Below, piece by piece: positions 1 through 12,794 of a stretch of DNA of 64,000 bases. The stretch is from assembly GCF_006345805.1 (NCBI RefSeq), contig NC_042998.1, positions 185,132,001 through 185,196,000 on the forward strand, in the 5' to 3' direction. Source of the DNA: Octopus sinensis (lineage: Eukaryota). A program made the position numbers and the translations under genes. The notes beneath the pieces are model-generated. The model was not told where the DNA came from. It searched no databases and saw only the letters and a program-made list of their open reading frames with translations. How positions within the stretch are numbered: the stretch's first letter is position 1; each line of letters begins with the position of its first letter.

Positions 1-474
1 AAAAGCAAGGTTGACCGCGGCTTAATTTGAACTCGGAACGTAAGGACGGACGAAATACCTATTTCTTTACTACCCATAAGGGGCTAAACACAGAAGAGAC
101 GAACAAGGACAGACAAACGGATTAAGTCGATTATATCGACCTCAGTGCATAACTGGTACTTATTTAATCGACCCCGAAAGGATGAAAGGCAAAGTTGACC
201 TCGGCGGAATTTGAACTCAGAACGTAGCGGCAGACGAAATACCTATTTCTTTACCACCCGTAAGGGGCTAAACACAGAAGGGACGAACAAGGACAGACAA
301 ACGGATTAAGTCGATTATATCGACCTCAGTGCGTAACTGGTACTTATTTAATCGACCCCGAAAGGATAAAAGGCAAAGTCGACCTCGGCGGAATTTGAAC
401 TCAGAACGTAGCGGCAGACGAAATACCACTAAGCATTTTTCCCGACGTGCTAACGATTCTGTCAGCTCGCTACC
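1..474 (-). mobile_element. Tandem array of tRNA-derived SINE units (family C) ending in an older, diverged family B body
   Basis: Repeating ~177-184 bp units. The head has A-box-like GAGCTGACAGAA (~460-472) and B-box-like GAGTTCAAATTCC, followed by the central GCCTTTCATCCTTTCGGGGTCGAT..AAGTACCAG block. Junctions AAAGAAATA|GGTATTTCG lie at ~57 and ~243. Confidence 0.85.
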
Positions 475-644
475 CTCCGCATACACGAAACATTAGCTTC
501 TTTTAGACAAGTCACGTGACCAATTTTGAACAAAGAGTTACTAGTATTCGTTGTATTAAAAAGGCAATTGCCTCTGATGTCACTGGAACTCAGAAAGTAA
601 AAAGATGAAACAAAACGTGGCAAGACGGTAAATATTATTTCCTT

Positions 645-800
645 AGGCACAGGTGTAGTTGTATGGTTAATAAGTTCGCCTTGCAGCCATGTGGTTTCAG
701 GTTCAGTACTACTGTGCTGCACCTTGGGCACATGTCTTCTAATAAAGCCTCTTGCGAGTTAATTTGATAGATGGAAACTAAGTGGAAGCCCTTTGTGTAC
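645..800 (+). mobile_element. CORE-type tRNA SINE (family A), 5' part
   Basis: GGTTCAGGTTCAGTACTACTG..ACCTTGGGCACATGTCTTCT matches the family A head seen at 1918 and 20727. Confidence 0.7.
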
Positions 801-964
801 CTATATCATTGAAAGTTTCAACTGTATAAATGTCGTTTTGGGTTTGTATTTAATAGTATTGTATTTCGTTTTAATGTTCGATTCTGTCAATTTGCGTTGA
901 TTGTTGTCGTTATTGTTGTCACAGTTGTTTTTATCGGTGTTGGTTTGTTTATATACTTGTAAAA

Positions 965-1112
965 TAGCGGTTAGGCAAAAAAAGACCGATAGAGCGAATA
1001 TCAGACTTAAAACATTAAGTACTGGGACTTATTTCTTCGACTAAAACACTTCAGTGTAGTGCCCCAGCATGACCACAGTTGAATGATTGAGATGAGTAAA
1101 AGATAAAAGATT
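965..1112 (+). mobile_element. Family A SINE, 3' part
   Basis: TAGCGGTTAGGCAAAA..ACCGATAGA..CCAGCATGACCACAG..GAGTAAAAGATAAAAGA tail. Confidence 0.65.
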
Positions 1113-1917
1113 GGCTACCAAAATATATATACAAGAAACGTTACACACTATTCAACTTTTATACGCAGAATACAGGATATATTCATTGTGTAGAATACCA
1201 TAGTTTGTATTATTTTTACCAACATCCTGTCCTTCGAATGTCTCCTATATTCCAAGCCCAACTAAATCTCAGCGATCAATACATCCCCTGTAATTCAGCT
1301 TGCATGGGATTCTGTAAATAGATCCTGATTCGATGAATGTACTCTTCCTACACACTTTTCTTTGATCAACGTTAGAAATCATTGTTTATTTATCTTTTTT
1401 ACTGGTTTGATCTGGAACAAGTGCTGTGCCCATGGCCTTCGCAGGATCACCAAGACCAGTGACATGGACGCTGTTAATGATAGTTGCAAGTTGATGTCAA
1501 CCGGAAAAAAAAACATGGGCAGAAAGGAAGTTCGAGATAGCTGACGGTCTAAAAAAAACAGACGGACTGTTCTGTCTGATGTGTCAGGGTTAGTAATTGT
1601 TGGGGGAAGTTATTCCGGGTGAGCTGGGGAATGTTTTTCCGGAGATGACCATTCCAACCATGATCACCTCACCTTTATTTCAGACGATTTGTTACAACAA
1701 TATTATCCAATAAGTCCTTGTCGTTTGAAGTGCTAGAGTTCATTCTATTAGGTTGAGCGACTACATAAAGGTACCTTCAGATTGTTTTTGTTTTTGTTTT
1801 TTGGGGGGTTTTTTGCTTTATTGTTGGGGATTATAAGAGAAAGGAGAAAGAGGAGGGGAGTGAAAAGAGGCTGAGGAAGTTATTAAAACTACCAAACACT
1901 ATAGTGGATTATTATAA

Positions 1918-2304
1918 CGTGTGGTAAGTAGCTTGTTAACCAACCACATGGTTCCGGGTTCAGTCCCACTGCGTGGCATCTTGGGCAAGTGTCTTCTGCT
2001 ATAGCCCCGGGCCGACCAATGCCTTGTGAGTGGATTTGGTAGACGGAAACTGAAAGAAGCCTGTCGTATATATGTATATATATATATGTATGTGTGTATC
2101 TGTGTTTGTCCCCCTAGCATTGCTTGACAACCGATGCTGGTGTGTTTACGTCCCCGTCACTTAGCGGTTTGGCAAAAGAAACCGATAGAATAAGTACTGG
2201 GCTTACAAAAGAATAAGTCCCGGGGTCGAGTTGCTCGATTAAAGGCGGTGCTCCAGCATGGCCGCAGCCAAATGACTGAAACAAGTAAAAGAGTAAAAGA
2301 GTAA
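1918..2304 (+). mobile_element. Family A CORE-type SINE with internal (TA)n/(TG)n
   Basis: tRNA-like head GTGGTAAGTAGCTTG..GGTTCAGTCCC, CORE-like CTTGGGCAAGTGTCTT, internal microsatellite, tail GTAAAAGAGTAAAAGA. Confidence 0.9.
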
Positions 2305-3329
2305 TTCCATTTTTATTTTGTCTCCTTCATCTGCCGACAGTTTTCATAAGTTGTTCATGGTGCCGAAACGTTTTAAGCTGATGTGTGACACCCAGCCGTG
2401 TACCCTTCTCCATAACATACCACTGGATACCGTTTGACATGTCTAGTCGTTCGGACATACGTATTTTCTACGTATGCTTGATCAATCTGCACCCAAGCTG
2501 TCAGGCCGATCACCAGCCAGTTTTCTGGCCTGATTCTCCAGCATAATGCATATTACCAGCTATCAGACATCTGTTTCAAGTAGTACATCCCTCGTTCCTT
2601 GCTAACCCGTTTAAGGATCTGCACAGAACAACGGAATGCCTTCGCATCTCAGCTATTCCACATCGCCTGGTACGAGTGTTCGAAACTATGTCAACCAAGG
2701 TGCTCTTCAGAATTTTTTTTAACTGAACCTTTATGTCTTCTCTACCTACCTACTCTTCTTCTCTTGCACTGATACATTGCACTCACCACTTCAGAGTTAT
2801 TTCAATATAACCGTACAAGCCTGTTTTGCGTCATTTGTTTCTCTGTATTTTTTAAAGAATTCTTATCAAATCGGCTGATGAATTTGGTAAAAGAGTCAAA
2901 AATTATCGAGTCATAGTTTCTGATGCTGCTTTTGTTGTTGTTGTTGTTTCACTATCCTTCGTATTTCTGTAGATGCAGTCCCAGCACATGCCTGTACATT
3001 ATCAGCCACAATACTCTGAGGTACCTATGAAGGAGGAGTTGGTGGTAAATGGACCATCTTATCACAAGGTGTTGTGTCTCCTATGTCATGTCATATGATA
3101 TTTCTGCAAAAAAAATTTGTCTTCCCGAGGTAAGCACAAATATCTTTCATCTCTTCATTCAGATTATCTTATTGTGGTATTATCTGCTAATTGTACTCTC
3201 TCAAACCTACCAGTTATGTTGTCTTTCCTAACAACCTCTTCTAGACTTGTTCCTCGTCCATCCTAAATTTTCTTTCGCCGTATCATAGTTAAACCTTGTC
3301 GAATTTACTAATTCCTAATATAAGGTACC

Positions 3330-3895
3330 AAAGGTATGTAATGCAGCAGTGTGCAGTAAATGACAGCAGAATGTGCAAAAGTTTGAAAGACCAACAGAAA
3401 AAAGCGAGGGTATAAGCAAGCACCAGAAAAAGGTTTTAGAGAATAACAAAGAGATCAAATCTTGGAATGTACCAAACCACACAAGCAGCGAGATCAGGAT
3501 ACTCAACAGAATATTATTGTAAAAGATCACCAGAAAATGAAGTGCCTTCTAACTGGAGTATCAATTCCAACAGACGATAATATATTCTTTAAAAAATGAA
3601 GAAATTATCCAAAAATAAATATCGAGAAGTAGTGATGACCTGAATGTAGGTACTGAGAGCAAAAATAGTTGTTATAATAGTAGATGTCTTGCCAATGATC
3701 AAAAAAAAATGCAGAAAAATACATAAGGTAAATCTCGGGACATACAGAAAATATCGCTACAAGATACTACACACATATAGATTACTCTCTATACAAGAGA
3801 AAAAACAAAGCGTAAGCAAAATACTGCACATACTGAAGGTACACGGAGCTACGCTCTCTTGTGCAAAACACGAAATAAAAAAATTAAGACTGCTG
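3330..3895 (+). pseudogene. Degenerate 3' end of an R4/Dong-like non-LTR retrotransposon (restriction-like endonuclease domain)
   Basis: Frameshifted translation gives ..PEKVLENNKEIKSWNVP..NRILL/IIVKDHQKMKCLLTGVSIPTDDNI..(G)ALXMIKK..TAHILK. This is the typical RLE motif order (W..P..T....RPDI.....IDVSIP.D.N...TAHILRK). Confidence 0.7.
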
Positions 3896-3896
3896 A

Positions 3897-4031
3897 ATGA
3901 TGGTGATGATGACGACGACGACGATGATGATGATGACGACGACGACGATGACGATGATGATGATGATGATGATGATGATGACGATTGATGATGATGATGA
4001 TGATGATGACGACGATGACGACGATGACGAC

Positions 4032-4082
<51 letters not shown>

Positions 4083-4154
4083 AATGATGATGATGACGAT
4101 GACGATGATGATGATGACATTGATGATGATGATGATGATGATGACGATGATGAT
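3897..4154 (+). repeat. (GAT/GAC)n trinucleotide tract
   Basis: Direct; source of the poly-D/M/I/S ORFs. Confidence 0.98.
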
Positions 4155-4916
4155 GGAGTTTGCTGAGTTAGAAAAGTTGATAGTCACACAGGCACATTCT
4201 GATTGTTTATTCTGATATTTTCACTAGATAAATATTGGCAAGTTCAGTAATGCTGCAATCTACTTTGTTTTTTGTTTTGTTTTTTGTTTTTTTTTTTGTT
4301 TTTAGTTTTATTTATTTATTTTGTCGATACACCGATAATTGTAGTTGTATGAAGTATTAGATCTTGTTCTGTTACAATTTTCATTGTTTTCATTTATTTA
4401 TTTCACCGCTTACTTTTTTTTTTTTTTTGTTCTGTTTGCCCCTTGTACATTAATACCATTTGCCATTCTGTGATATTTCAGGCGATTTAGCAGTTTGGGA
4501 ATGGAGCAACATCAGGCTGATAGGATTGCCTGATTATTTCTTGATTCTACACTCGTTGACCAATCAACAACATCTTTCAAATTTATTTATCGATACGCCA
4601 CGATGCTTTTCTAAATTCAATCGATAAGCTTTCATCTGAATTACCCTTCGTAAACAGGGTTTGCCCCCAGAGATAAGAATTTACCGAAGCGTCGGTTGGC
4701 ACCCACACAGTGATTAGCATAGTGTGGTGTGATCCAGCCTAGATATAAACAATACGTCAGACCATAAGTTGACTGAGTTAGATGCTAAAAGAATGTTATT
4801 AATGTTGTATAAAACTGATTTCTAGGTCACACTGAATAATATAAGTATAAAATTATTTCAATTTCACTTCTTATAAGATGCGAATTGATATCTGTTAGGA
4901 TACAGAAGATTATATT

Positions 4917-5249
4917 TCGTTTTTGGATTTGGTTTGCAAGATTCTTTATATGAGTTCGTGTGTTGAAGCATATTCTGTTGTGTCTGGGGAGAGTCATTTT
5001 CTTTTTGTGCCTTATAATGTATCACACTCACCGGTAAATTTCCACTTATTTCTTATTTTTATTTTCCTAAAATTTTCGTTGCGTCTTGCGACCTTTTCAA
5101 TAGTCTTGACTCTCAAACTATTGAAAAGGTTGCAAGACGCAACGAAAATTTTAGGAAAATAAAAATAAGAAAAAAGTGGAAATTTTACCGGTGAGTGTGT
5201 TACATTATAAGGCACAAAAAGGAAATGACTCTCCCCAGACACAACAGAA
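4917..5249. mobile_element. Fold-back element (inverted pair of Penelope-type terminal repeats), copy 1
   Basis: Arms ~4973-5105 and ~5116-5249 are near-perfect reverse complements. The left arm has an extra ~55 bp. Flanking duplication GATTATATT / GACTATATT. Confidence 0.8.
5118..5154 (+). ncRNA. Minimal hammerhead-like ribozyme, U3-A8 core variant
   Basis: CTA-TTGAAAA-G-GTTGC[AAGAC]GCAAC-GAAA-A-TTT-TAG: 3-bp stem I, 5-bp stem II, loopless palindromic stem III. A mirror copy lies on the minus strand at 5067-5103. Confidence 0.5.
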
Positions 5250-5789
5250 GACTATATTATACAGTAAAGTTTTCATTGTAAGCTCTAAACATTGAAATGT
5301 GGAAAATTCGTAGTTTTGGCGTTAATAGTTTAGTCTTCTGCTTTGAGTATCAAAATGGATAAGTATTCATCTTTCAAGAGTAAAGAGCAATGCATTTTGA
5401 ATTTTTATTGAAAATACTTTGTAGAGTGATCAATTACATTGTAAAATTCAGGCTTTCTCAAGAACACTAGTAGTATAAGAGAAACGAAGTATCTTCTAAT
5501 ATAAATCGAAACTAGATTGCAGGCTCTTTTTTAATTTTTTTTGCGAGAGCCTTCCAGTTGTATTCACGGAGTTTAATGTTATTTTTGTTTGTTGTCAGTG
5601 AGTAATCTCGCTGTTTACTTTGTTTATTTTAGCATTGTACTGGACTAACATTATTGCTTCCATGATTAATCGTGTTCTTTTTTTCTGGACTGTTTGGTAG
5701 ACGATAGATGTGCTGTTTGCTAATACTTTATTTAGTACCGAGTCATATTGTGCATTTCAATTATTCCTTGTTGTGAGTTCACGGTTAGC

Positions 5790-5956
5790 CAGAGAGATAG
5801 GAGGAGAGAGGAAGAGAGAGAGAGTGGAGAGAGGAAGAGAGAGAGTAGAGAGAGGAAGAGAGAGGGGAGAAAGAGGGGGAGAGAGGAACAGAGAGAGTGG
5901 AGAGAGGAAGAGATAGGGGAGAAAGAGGGGGAGAGAGGAAGAGAGAGGGGAGAGAG
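5790..5956 (+). repeat. (GA)-rich purine tract
   Basis: Direct. Confidence 0.95.
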
Positions 5957-6084
5957 AATCATCCGTGTATGGCTGATATAAGTTGGAGCCCTGAAATTTT
6001 CAATTTTCAATTTTTTCATCGAATTTTTAAATCACATTGGCTATTAGAGAATTCTTCGTTGGCTTACAAATTTTTTTCTAGTAT

Positions 6085-6930
6085 TGGTTTCAAATTTTGG
6101 CACAAGGCCAGCAAGTTTAAGGTGGGATTAAGTTGATTACATCGACCTCAGTACTCAACCGGTACTTATTTTAATGGTACCAAACTGATGGAAGGCAAAG
6201 TTGACCTCGGTAGAATTTGAACTCAGAACGTAAAGACGGACGAAATATCTATTTCTTTACTGCCCACAAGGGGCTACACACAGAGGGGACAAACAAGGAC
6301 AGACAGACGGATTAAGTCGATTATATCGACCCCCAGTGCGTAACTGGTACTTATTTAATCGAACCCGAAAGGATGAAAGGCAAAGACGACCTCGGCGGAA
6401 TTTGAACTCAGAACGTAGCGGCAGACGAAATACCTATTTCTTTACTACCTACAAGGGGATAAACACAGAGAGAACAAACAAGGACAGACAAACGCAAAGA
6501 CGGACGAAATACCTATTTCTTTACTACCCACAAGGGGCTTTTCACAGAAAGGACAAACAAGGACAGACAAACGGATTAAGTCGATTATATCGACCCCAGT
6601 ACGTAACTGGTACTTATTTAATTGACCCCGAAAGGGATGAAAGGCAAAGTCGACCTCGGCGGAATTTGAACTCAGAACGTAGCGGCAGACGAAATACCTA
6701 TTTCTTTACTACCTACAAGGGGATAAACACAGAGAGAACAAACAAGGACAGACAAACGGATTAAGTCGATTATATCGACCGCAGTACGTAACTGGTACTT
6801 ATTTAATCGACCCCGAAAGGGATGAAAGGCAAAGTCGACCTCGGTGGAATTTGAACTCAGAACGTAAAGACGGACGAAATACCGCTAAGCATTTGGCTCG
6901 GTGTACAAATGATTCTGCCAGCTCACCGCT
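6085..6930 (-). mobile_element. Nested/tandem SINE array (family B head and tail enclosing family C units)
   Basis: Four tail junctions at ~6248, 6433, 6513 and 6697. The B-type tail CTTGCTGGCCTTGTGCCAAAATTTG lies at 6085-6125. Confidence 0.85.
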
Positions 6931-7557
6931 TTGTAGTACTTTTGCTAATAAGTACTAAGAAGTTGTTTTAATTTTAGTGATATTGTAGTATATTGTTATT
7001 GTTAGTTTGTGTTTAGGTGTTAAGCATTTTTCGTTTGTTTATGAGATTTTCATAATGCATTCATGTATCCTATAATTTCTATCCATGATTCCAATTGTTT
7101 TATTGACCATAAGGCGAATTCTAACAGTTGTAATCGTGGATATTAATTGTAGAATAGTTAAGAAAAACGGAACAAAACAAAAATATTCAAATGTCTAATA
7201 TTTGAAAGGCCATGCTGCTGATTTCAATATAATGTGGAAGATACTTGAGACATGCAGATTGCACACAAATGAGAAAAATCGTAGCAGGTTATGAATAATT
7301 GAAAATAGATTCAAACTAATAGGCCCTATTAAATCTGCTAACCATTATTATAATACAGCTTATGTTAGTATATCTATATATGAAACCGAAACACTTTCCG
7401 TCCTTCTTCGCGCCGCCTTAACCACCAATTAGATAACTCATATTTTACGCCATATATCACAGCAAGCACTTCCTTAGAACATTTCGACTGAATTAGCAGT
7501 TTCATAGAGTCCAACACTCTGAGTAAGGTTTGTTCATTATTTCATTCAATCATGCAG

Positions 7558-7562
7558 ACATG

Positions 7563-7622
<60 letters not shown>

Positions 7623-8153
7623 CATACATATATACATACATGCATACATACATACATACATACATACATACATACACACATACATGCATGCATACCTACA
7701 CACTCACATACATACATACATACATACATACATACATACATACATACATACATACATACATTCATACATACATACACACACACATACATACATACATACA
7801 TACATACATACATACACATACACACATATATGCATGCATACATTCATGCATGCACACATATATGCATACATGCATACATACAGACATGCATGCATACATG
7901 CATGTATGCAGGCATGCATGGATATATACATATGTACATACGTACATACATACATACATACATACAAGCATGCATACATACACACATACATACGCATACA
8001 TAGAGGCACGCATGCACATATACTTCATACATGCATACGTACATACATGCATGCATACATACACACACACATACATATATACACACACACATACATACAT
8101 ACATACATACATACACACACATACATACATACATACATACATACATACATACA

Positions 8154-8183
<30 letters not shown>
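7558..8183 (+). repeat. (TACA)n compound microsatellite
   Basis: Direct; source of the HTYI/MYVC ORFs. Confidence 0.98.
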
Positions 8184-8185
<2 letters not shown>

Positions 8186-8312
8186 ACGGGTATTCACAGT
8201 TTCCGTCAACCAACGTCACTCACAAGGCAATGATTAGCTATTGTAAAAGATATTTACTCAAGAAGTTTCACCGTGGGACCGAACCCTAAACCATGTAGTT
8301 TCAAAGCAAATA
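8184..8312 (-). mobile_element. Old family A SINE 5' fragment
   Basis: CAGTTTCCGTCAACCAAC..CACTCACAAGGCA..GGGACCGAACC..ACCATGT matches the family A reverse complement. Confidence 0.65.
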
Positions 8313-8440
8313 CGCCTGACAAAAAAAATTTTTTAATAGTAAAAAACAAACATTATAGAGATTGCAGTGTGGAAGGTGTTTATAAGCCATTTAAGAAACA
8401 CACAAAAAACTGTTAGATTCACTTCAACATTTAAATTTAA

Positions 8441-8489
8441 TTTTCAAAATATTTTCGTCGCTTTGAGACCGCGACCTGTTCACTGACAA
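8441..8489 (-). ncRNA. Minimal hammerhead-like ribozyme, G3-C8 core variant
   Basis: Minus strand: TTGTCA-GTGAACA-G-GTCGC[GGTCTCAAA]GCGAC-GAAA-A[TA]T-T-T-TGAAAA. Stem I has 5/6 pairs and stem II is a perfect 5 bp. Confidence 0.55.
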
Positions 8490-9149
8490 AATTCCGTGCT
8501 GCATTACAGAGATTATTTATTGCACCAGCATCATATAGATAAAGTTTGCTTTTATTTTTGCGACGAAGTGAAATAGCAAGGAGGAATCGAAAACTGATCG
8601 CAAATTCGTGTTAAATAGATTTACCAAGTCGTGCACACACACAAACATATACACATATATACATATACACATATATACATATACACATATATACATATAC
8701 ACATATATACATATACACATATATACTCAAACATGCACACATACATACTCATACAAACGTACAAACATATGTACTCGCGCACCCACGATCAATCACGCTC
8801 GTTTATACAGATATTCTACTTCTTGGACACCATGTTGCTAGTTCCTGAGTGTAAAACTGTTTATTTTTCTCTGATCATATACTTTTAACAAAATTAGTTT
8901 CGAACCAACAGTTTGGTTTGCTTTGATCTTTTGTAATCAAGATGACAAATGAACAAGAAGCGAATACTGATTTATTAAAATGCAGACTATCGTATGCAGC
9001 GCATGCAAACATATGAAGCGTGTGAATACCTGCGTGGAGGTTATACATGTTACATGTACGTAAAAGTGTGTGCATATGTATATACATTATGTGTGTAAGT
9101 ATTATATATATGTAGTGTGTGAATAAGCGTATGCTTGTGTGGTGTATGT

Positions 9150-9740
<591 letters not shown>

Positions 9741-10379
9741 GATATGTGCGCGCGGAGAGTTTATATATGGCTCATCCTTTCTTCTACTTCCTGTCCCTTA
9801 CGAATTTTAGTTTTTCCTACTGTTAGCTTAGGACGTCGTTTCCAAAGAGAAAACTCATTCTGTGTGAAGAACACTACGTTAAAAAAAATGTAGGTAAATA
9901 AAGGGGAGGATGAGAAGAGAATGGAAAGAAGGTTAGAGTTGCTGGAGGTGGTGTTGTTTGACTTGATCAGAATGTGAAACAAAACCGGGAAAAGGAAAGG
10001 TAAGAAATGGCGATGTGAAAAGGACTAAAAGAGAAAGGAACAAACACGGGAGAGTAATAGCAGAGAAATTAAACATTGAAGATAATGGGAGATGAGGTGA
10101 TGAGAAGGCAGAAGACAAGCTTAAATTCATGCAAAGAAGTGGAAGAGAATGTGTGCTTGTGTGCGTATGTACGTGTGTGTGCGTGTGTGTGTGCGTGCAT
10201 GTGTGTGTACGTGTAAAGACCAAAAGGATGAGAGAGGGGAAGAGAGAAGGAAGTGGAGAAAGAAAGGGTGGGAGATGCGTGGCTCCTCTGGAATAGCTGC
10301 AGGGAGAGATTGAGAGTAAATCAAACGATAAAGGATGCAGGGTTTAAAGAAGACAGAGATACGACCATGTTGTGGATGT

Positions 10380-10471
10380 AGAAGAAGAAGAAGAAGAAGA
10401 AGAAGAAGAAGAAGAAGAAGAAGAAGAAGAAGAAGAAGAAGAAGAAGAAGAAGAAGAAGAAGAAGAAGAAG

Positions 10472-10500
<29 letters not shown>
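10380..10500 (+). repeat. Perfect (GAA)n tract
   Basis: Direct. Confidence 0.99.
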
Positions 10501-10505
<5 letters not shown>

Positions 10506-11035
10506 GTATGTGGGTGTGATGTGTTTAAAGGTGAAGGGAGTGGGTAAGTTAAGTGAAAAGGAGTAAGAAGGAAAAAAGAGGATAAAGTAATGACGTTAGC
10601 GAAAGATGGTCGTTGTATGTGGGCGCCATTTTGTTTGGTTGTGTGCAAGGAGGCAAGAGCCAGAATCAACACAGAACTGAACATAGTTCCATAGAAATGA
10701 GAGCGCTCTAGTCCAGAGCAAACATTTGGAGAAACATTTCAAATCTTAATATCCTTCGATGGCGTGAAATATTGTTGACGGCAACTTTAGGTGTCATGAG
10801 GAGGTAGGCATACGATGTTTGGTTCTAGAGAGGAAGAGGAAAACGAAAACCATGGAGGTGATGGAGGGAGAGGTGGCAAAATAAAATGGGTTGTTGGAGA
10901 GGGTGGACAGAAAATGGTGGAAGATGAAATAGAGAGATGAAAAGAAAGAAACAAAGAGAGAAAAAGAAAGAATTAAAAATGGTAGCCAAAAAAGGTTAGA
11001 GTTAAAAATGAAAAGAGGGAAAGGAAACAATGCTA

Positions 11036-11190
<155 letters not shown>

Positions 11191-12144
11191 ATGAAAGAGT
11201 TAGAGGAAGAGAGAGAAAGGAGGGGGAAATATACGCAGGAGAAGCAGAGGGAAACAGATAAAAAGGAAGTCCTATAGAGAGAAGTGCAGATAGAGAGTGA
11301 GTGTGAGAGAGAGAAGGAGAGAGAGATAATGAAGGAAAGGCTACATGAACGGATGAATGGAGTGATGAATGGAGAGCCAGATAGATAACCGACCATGTTA
11401 GCTTTGCGAGATAAGAAGTGGAAAATACAATGCTGAAAGTGGCGTAAATATTAAGATAGTTTCGAAGGTGGAAAAGAAAGAATGAACGCGCACAAGGAAA
11501 AGAAAAAGGAAGTGATCGAACAGTAAGACAGAGAGAGAGAGAGAGAGAGAAAGAGAAAGAGACTGGGAAAGCGTGTGTGTGTGTGTGAGAGATATAGCGT
11601 GAAAGAGAGAGAAAGTGAGAGAGAGAGTGAGAGAGCATGTAAGACGAAAAATGAGTAAAAGAGAACGGCGTGAGAGAAAAGTAGGTTGTATTGTTTGTTC
11701 TTTACTCGATCCTAGCTTGGCTGTGTTGAGAATTTGTTTGATTTGAGAAGACACTCTGTTAGATGCTGGCTTGTTCTTTATTTCAACCAATCGGACACTG
11801 TGAATAGCAAACAACTTATTCGTGTGAAGTGCTTTTGGGTGTTGAATATTGAGTGCCTGGCGCACACACACACACACATAACAATCTATCAACATATGTG
11901 TACATATATATATATATATACCAACACGAACGTGCACAAACAGCCACGCTCATGCAGGCAGGCACACAATGATTTATTTGTGGGAGGTGTGTGGCTGTTG
12001 AGTTTGACAGTATTGGCATTTCAAGATTGTTGTACAACAAGGAACTATGTATATGTATGTGATGTGCAATGCTAACGAGGCATTGATAACATCGTCGTAC
12101 TTGCACCGACATACGCGAATCTGCGTGCGTATGTGTGTGTCTTT

Positions 12145-12272
12145 TACTTGTTTCAGTCATTAGATTGTGGCCATGCTGGGGCAACGCCTCGAAGAATTTT
12201 TATAGTCGAATGAATCGACTCCAGTACTTATTTTCTTTCAGCTTGATACTTATGTGCCAAACCGCTAAGTTA
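12145..12272 (-). mobile_element. Family A SINE 3' fragment
   Basis: TTTTACTTGTTTCAGTCATT..GGCCATGCTGG..CAAACCGCTAAGTTA. Confidence 0.75.
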
Positions 12273-12302
12273 TGTGTGTGTGCGCGCGCATGTGTGAATA
12301 TA

Positions 12303-12535
12303 TCTATTATATAAAATCCGTTCTGTCTGTCTGTGTGTGTGTCTTCTAGGATCTCGAGCATCCCCCATCCGATTGCGCTCAAATTTGATATGCAGATACC
12401 AACGGTATCAGGGCGTGTATAAGTCTTGAAAAAACTACAAAAATTTATTCCAGGTGAGAATGCGATCGATAAAGCCGTGGGAACGTGCATTTGTACGCGC
12501 AAGTACATCAGCTGTTGCGATGTACTTACTTGTAC
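12303..12535 (+). mobile_element. Non-autonomous Helitron-like element
   Basis: Starts A|TCTATTATATAAAATCCGTTCTGTCTGTCTG, a typical rolling-circle non-autonomous 5' end. Has a subterminal hairpin AAGTACATC..GATGTACTT, but no clear CTRR end. Confidence 0.5.
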
Positions 12536-12794
12536 TTTAAACTCTTCGGTTGCATATTTGTATGAATAAAATCGTTTTTCTTTGGAATAGAAAAAACATC
12601 TATCTTTATTTCTTCTTTTGCTGGTGTCTCAAATTTAGGTTAAATCAGTGTTTCTCAAAGGGAGGCATATGGGACGGTCGGACAAGTTGTTTTGAGAAAA
12701 TTTGGTTTAAATGTTTGACAACTCAGCACAGTCCAGTTTTGCTCATTTATATATATATGTTGTTTTTTACTTCTCGAGCCCTGCCTGGCTCATA

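Noticed and set aside
2400-2760. Possible RTE/LINE RT relic on the minus strand
   Set aside because: Only faint similarity (RRCGIAEM); too decayed to support a call by eye.
2973-3129. Possible exon (tttctgtag|ATGCAG... GAG|gtaagc)
   Set aside because: No frame is open between the acceptor and the strong donor, and I do not recognise the peptide.
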